Assembly: GCA_002753335.1 (NCBI GenBank)
Contig: PEAD01000026.1
Span: 1 to 43,661 of the forward strand
DNA length: 43,661 nucleotides
Direction: 5' to 3'
Source of the DNA: Nitrospirae bacterium MYbin3
GTDB lineage: Bacteria > Nitrospirota > Thermodesulfovibrionia > Thermodesulfovibrionales > Dissulfurispiraceae
The notes under the pieces are model-generated. The model searched no databases. It saw only the letters and a program-made list of their open reading frames with translations, and had not been told where the DNA came from. This document shows, piece by piece, positions 39,118 to 43,661 of the stretch. The stretch's first letter is position 1, and the number at the start of each line of letters is the position of its first letter. Made by a program: the position numbers and the translations under genes.

Positions 39118-40461
39118 ATGAAAAAATATTTATCCATATTTGCGGCAGCAGTCTTTTTGCTAACAGCCTCGATTTCTTTCGCAAACGAGGCTGATTTGAT
39201 ACTCAAACTACTTATAAAAAAAGGCGTTATAACTGAAGCCGAATATAAGGAGCTGAAAAAGGAGCTCAAAGAAACTGCAAAAGGCGAAGACAGCGCAAAG
39301 ATGAAAGAAGAGATCAAGAAAGAGGTTATAGCCGAAGTCGAGAAGAAAAAAGAGTCTGATGCGGCTGAATGGGCTAAGCGCGTAAAGCTAACAGGCACTG
39401 TTCAGGGCGAATACAGGTGGAGGAAGCACAGGAATATGGCGTTCGGAAATACAGGATATGATTCTACATCTGACCTGTATTTGAGAAAAGCTGAGGTCGG
39501 TCTGCAGGCCGGCATTAACGAATGGCTGAGCACATCGATAATATTAAACTCCGAATGGATAGGAGACAGCGTCAATAACGCGAACAACAACGAAAATACT
39601 AAAGTTGATCAGGCAATAATAACCTTAAAGAAAGACGGTGTTCCTGTCTATGCGGTTGTGGGCAAACGTACCCAGCCTTTTGGCTCATTTTACAACCGCC
39701 TTGTAACGGACCCTATGACCCAGGACGCCTACGAGACCAAGAAGGTCGGAGTTACCGTCGGAGTTACCGGGCCGATGGAACTGGATGTATCGGCCACCAT
39801 TTACAAAGGCGAAGAGCATCAGACGCATCTTTTCCAATCGAGATTGTTCGACGAAACCAACGCCAACAATAAAGTAAGACGTGCAACTACCGGCAGTGTG
39901 ATGCCTGTTGCGCAGCAAACCAATGAAGTAAACTCTTACATCCTAGCCGCGCAGATAAGCCCGTTCAAAGACCGGCTGTCTTTAGGGGCGTCGTATATTT
40001 CGGAACCGGGCCACAGCAAGCGCAATGCTACAATGGGTTTAAACGCTAAGTACAACTGCATTTTCGTAAAAGGATTGACAGTCGAGGCAGAATATATGAA
40101 AGCCTTGAGCAGGGAGAGATACTGGGACACCTCAGCAGGCGCTTTATTTAACGACAGTTTTAAAGAGCGGATACTGGTTGTGGGAGCAGCGTATAGTGTA
40201 ACAGACCCGCTCGAAATAGCGGTAAGGTATGAGGATTTCGATGACGGCGGCATAGCCGAAAAATCGAGGACTTGGTCCGTTGACAACAGATATAGTATTG
40301 GCGGGACCTACACTTTTTATAAAGACGAGAAAAAAGGCCTTTCCGCTTTTGTGGCCTCGGAATACAGGCATACCAACTATCGACTGCATCCATCTCAGAA
40401 ATTGCTGATGGGCGGAAAGAATGACGAACTGTTTATGAAAATGGGCGTGAGCTTCCAATAA
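39118..40461 (+). CDS. Outer-membrane beta-barrel porin (LbtU-family-like) with N-terminal coiled coil
   Basis: Signal peptide, LIKKGVITEAEY coiled coil, amphipathic beta strands and C-terminal GVSFQ. Confidence 0.7.
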   Translation: MKKYLSIFAAAVFLLTASISFANEADLILKLLIKKGVITEAEYKELKKELKETAKGEDSAKMKEEIKKEVIAEVEKKKESDAAEWAKRVKLTGTVQGEYRWRKHRNMAFGNTGYDSTSDLYLRKAEVGLQAGINEWLSTSIILNSEWIGDSVNNANNNENTKVDQAIITLKKDGVPVYAVVGKRTQPFGSFYNRLVTDPMTQDAYETKKVGVTVGVTGPMELDVSATIYKGEEHQTHLFQSRLFDETNANNKVRRATTGSVMPVAQQTNEVNSYILAAQISPFKDRLSLGASYISEPGHSKRNATMGLNAKYNCIFVKGLTVEAEYMKALSRERYWDTSAGALFNDSFKERILVVGAAYSVTDPLEIAVRYEDFDDGGIAEKSRTWSVDNRYSIGGTYTFYKDEKKGLSAFVASEYRHTNYRLHPSQKLLMGGKNDELFMKMGVSFQ

Positions 40462-40482
40462 GGGTTAACAGGAGAATTACGC

Positions 40483-41517
40483 ATGCATATGGCGGATGCC
40501 TTACTTTCACCTGCAGTGGGAACAACATTTTGGGCAGGAACTCTTGCCGCAATCGCTTATTGCTCTAAAAGACTGAAAGAGACTATGGACGAAAAAATGG
40601 TTCCGCTTATGGGTGTTCTCGGTGCCTTTATTTTCGCAGCGCAGATGATAAATTTTACAATCCCGGCAACAGGATCTAGTGGACATCTCGGCGGTGGCAT
40701 CATTCTTTCGGTCATACTCGGTCCCTACGCTGCCTTTATCGTAATCGCATCTGTTCTTACGGTTCAGGCTCTTTTCTTTGCAGACGGGGGACTTCTTGCG
40801 CTTGGATGCAATATCTGGAATCTTGGCATATACCCATGCTTTATCGCCTATTCACTCATTTACAAGCCGTTAGTCAGTTATGGTGCTACACCCGGACGGA
40901 TTGCTTTTGCGGCATTTATAAGCGGTGTGGTAGGTCTGCAGTTAGGCGCTTTTTCTGTGGTTATGCAGACACTGCTGTCGGGCAGGAGCGAACTGCCTTT
41001 CGGCACATTCGTTTTATTGATGCAGCCTGTTCACCTTGGCATAGGAATAGTTGAAGGTTTTGCAACAGCAGGGGTGATCAATTTTATAAAGTCTGCGCGG
41101 CCCGAAATTTTCGAAAGCACATTTTCGGCCCGCCCGCTTGCTGCTGATATATCGCTCAGAAAAGTCTTTGTTGGCTTGCTGATTGCAGCTGTTCTGACCG
41201 GTGGAATGCTCTCATGGTTTGCTTCTACAAACCCGGACGGCCTTGAATGGGCAATAGAAAAGACTTTTGGCAAGCCGGAACTTCCGGAGCATACTCAAAG
41301 CATAGCTTCTTCATTGAAAAAAATTCAGGAGTCTACATCATTTCTCCCAGAGTATGCTTTCAAGAAAACCGAAAACACAGAAGCCCCCAAAAAAGAAGAG
41401 GCCTGGCCCAATGTCGATGCCGGAAAATCTTTGTCAGGTGTAGTTGGTTCGAGCATTGTAATCGGTATGGTGCTCCTTATCGGATTCAGCATTAAGGCCA
41501 TGAGAAGAAGAATCTAA
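40483..41517 (+). CDS. nikMN: ECF Ni/Co transporter S component, CbiM/NikM fused to a PDGLE (NikN) domain
   Basis: Metal-binding N-terminus MHMADA, then GSSGHLGG, QALFFADGG and NPDGLEW. Confidence 0.88.
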   Translation: MHMADALLSPAVGTTFWAGTLAAIAYCSKRLKETMDEKMVPLMGVLGAFIFAAQMINFTIPATGSSGHLGGGIILSVILGPYAAFIVIASVLTVQALFFADGGLLALGCNIWNLGIYPCFIAYSLIYKPLVSYGATPGRIAFAAFISGVVGLQLGAFSVVMQTLLSGRSELPFGTFVLLMQPVHLGIGIVEGFATAGVINFIKSARPEIFESTFSARPLAADISLRKVFVGLLIAAVLTGGMLSWFASTNPDGLEWAIEKTFGKPELPEHTQSIASSLKKIQESTSFLPEYAFKKTENTEAPKKEEAWPNVDAGKSLSGVVGSSIVIGMVLLIGFSIKAMRRRI

Positions 41518-41533
41518 CCCAAGAGAGTGATTA

Positions 41534-42331
41534 ATGTTCGACACCGAATTTTTCAATCTGGGTTATCTAGATAGGCTTTCTTATCAGGATACCTTTATAC
41601 ATAGGATCGATCCGAGAATAAAGCTGCTTTCATCTTTCATGTTCATCGTTGCGGTTGTTTCTTTTCCGAAATATGCCATATCAGGACTTTTGCCATTCTT
41701 TCTTTTTCCTGTCTTATTCCTTGCCCTAGGAGATATTCCTGTTCGATTCATACTGAAAAAGATATTGGTTGTTTCTCCCTTTGCCATTTTTGTTGGGATA
41801 TTTAATCCTCTGCTCGACGGCCAACCGGTGCTTGATGTGCTTGGCTTTACAGTGAGCCTCGGATGGGTGTCATTTGCTTCTATCATGCTTAAATTCTCTC
41901 TTACAATCAGCGCTGCTCTGCTTTTGATAGCAACGACCTCCTTTCCCGGCATTTGCTTTGCGATGCAAAAGCTCCGAATACCGAAAGCATTTGTCGCCCA
42001 GCTGCTCTTCCTTTATAGGTACCTTTTTGTTTTGATGGAAGAGGCGATGAAAATAGTACGTGCCCGCGAAATGAGGTCATTCGGCAAAAGGGGCAAGGAG
42101 TTGAAGAATGTCGTGCCTATTATCGGAGTACTCTTCATGCGAACGGTGGACAGGGCCGAGCGCGTTTACAATGCGATGCTCGCACGAAGCTTCACAGGGA
42201 AGCTATATTCTACGAAACCGTATGCTCTGACCACAACAGATATTCTGTTCATTATTGCAAGCGCAGGGCTTATCCTGTTATTCAGGGTTGTCAATGTAAC
42301 TGCGCTTATAGGCAAATGGACAATAGGATAA
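41534..42331 (+). CDS. cbiQ: ECF Ni/Co transporter T component
   Basis: IDPRIKL, YRYLFVL, REMRS and RAERVYNAMLARSF. Confidence 0.9.
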   Translation: MFDTEFFNLGYLDRLSYQDTFIHRIDPRIKLLSSFMFIVAVVSFPKYAISGLLPFFLFPVLFLALGDIPVRFILKKILVVSPFAIFVGIFNPLLDGQPVLDVLGFTVSLGWVSFASIMLKFSLTISAALLLIATTSFPGICFAMQKLRIPKAFVAQLLFLYRYLFVLMEEAMKIVRAREMRSFGKRGKELKNVVPIIGVLFMRTVDRAERVYNAMLARSFTGKLYSTKPYALTTTDILFIIASAGLILLFRVVNVTALIGKWTIG

Positions 42332-42335
42332 TCGA

Positions 42336-43322
42336 ATGAGCCATCATTTTGTCGAATTTAAAGATGTGCATTTTCACTATCCAGACGGCAGTCCTGCTCT
42401 TAACGGCCTTTCTTTCAGAATCTCCCATGGTGAATCGGTCGGCATTGTCGGAGCAAATGGAGCGGGCAAATCAACGCTGCTTATGCATATAAACGGATAT
42501 CTTTTGGTAGCGAGCGGCAGCATAGTTATTGGCGATCTTCGGCTTGACAAGCGGACCCGGCAGGACATAAGAAAAAAGGTTGGTCTTGTTTTCCAGAATC
42601 CGGATGATCAGCTTTTCATGCCGACGGTCTTTGATGATGTTGCCTTCGGCCCGCTAAATCTAGGAATAGCTCATGACCGGATTGCGGAGCGGGTTGCGGA
42701 AGCTCTTGGTACTGTAGGCTGTCTTAAGCTAAAGGACAAGCCGCCTCATCATCTTTCGTCAGGACAGAAGAGTGCTGTGGCGATTGCCACGGTCATTGCC
42801 ATGCGTCCGGATATCCTTGTGATGGATGAGCCTGCTTCTAATCTTGACCCAAAGTCACGGCGTCAGCTCATCAATTTACTGAAGGTCTTTGAACACACAA
42901 AAATAGTGGCTTCACACGATCTTGACCTGATACTGGATGTTTGCAAAAGGTGCATAGTGATAAAGGATGGACGGGTAGCGGCCGATGGCCCGACAAAAAA
43001 CATACTTTCAGATAAGGTTTTGCTTGAAGAAAACAATCTTGAACTGCCGCTCTCTCTACAAAACAACCACGAACAAAACAGCACATCGATAGAAAAAAAT
43101 ATACCCAAGGAGAACACCGCAATGAACGAACTCGAGAAACTCAATCATCTGCTTCACCACTGGAAAGAGCACAACGATGAACACGCCGAAACCTATAAAG
43201 AATGGGCTTCGAAGGCTGAGCAGTTGGGCAAGAACGACCTGTCAGCAGCATTAAACAAAATTTACGGAGCAGCAAAGAATCTGAGTTCTCTTTTTGATGA
43301 AGCCATGAAAAAATCAGCATAA
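42336..43322 (+). CDS. cbiO: ECF ATPase CbiO/NikO with an in-frame His-rich C-terminal domain
   Basis: GANGAGKS, FQNPDDQLF, LSSGQ and MDEP. C-terminal HLLHHWKEHNDEH segment. Confidence 0.9.
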   Translation: MSHHFVEFKDVHFHYPDGSPALNGLSFRISHGESVGIVGANGAGKSTLLMHINGYLLVASGSIVIGDLRLDKRTRQDIRKKVGLVFQNPDDQLFMPTVFDDVAFGPLNLGIAHDRIAERVAEALGTVGCLKLKDKPPHHLSSGQKSAVAIATVIAMRPDILVMDEPASNLDPKSRRQLINLLKVFEHTKIVASHDLDLILDVCKRCIVIKDGRVAADGPTKNILSDKVLLEENNLELPLSLQNNHEQNSTSIEKNIPKENTAMNELEKLNHLLHHWKEHNDEHAETYKEWASKAEQLGKNDLSAALNKIYGAAKNLSSLFDEAMKKSA

Positions 43323-43324
43323 AA

Positions 43325-43353
43325 TTGCAAAACTCAGCTATAGAGAATATAAT
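43325..43353 (+). promoter_or_regulatory. sigma70 promoter upstream of cheV
   Basis: TTGCAA-N17-TATAAT. Confidence 0.6.
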
Positions 43354-43399
43354 TATATCCTAAGTTAAATAGGGTATTTAAGGCATCTCTGGAGGATAT

Positions 43400-43661
<262 letters not shown>

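Overview
43.7 kb of bacterial chromosome. The gene repertoire resembles an anaerobic Nitrospirota/Thermodesulfovibrionia-like organism; this is an inference and was not searched. From left to right: (i) a TPR-glycosyltransferase glycan locus (1-7879) containing a 988-aa TPR-GT2-cobalamin/radical-SAM (HpnJ-like) fusion and a tandem pair of nucleotide-sugar SDRs, one lacking the catalytic Tyr. It runs directly into a heme-c sensor kinase, an output-less REC-PAS-PAS protein and a UbiD decarboxylase. (ii) A methyltransferase/GT4 pair, then ribD, hemW, degQ, tilS, an L,D-transpeptidase, a trypsin-like/TPR pseudo-protease and pyk. (iii) A stand-alone TSCPD gene behind a sigma54-type promoter, divergent from two pilT paralogues. 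(iv) A hybrid kinase, a degenerate NERD gene, pdxA, rseC, an EF-G paralogue, argH, rubredoxin, a DUF1460 amidase, nagZ, rsmI and rubrerythrin. (v) A porin-NikMN-Q-O metal-uptake operon with an attenuator-like leader RNA and a His-rich domain fused to the ATPase. The last ~110 bp are an inverted rpoB fragment joined to a broken cheV, most likely an assembly chimera. I saw no rRNA, tRNA, CRISPR array or transposase. All calls come from reading motifs by eye; no database search was run.
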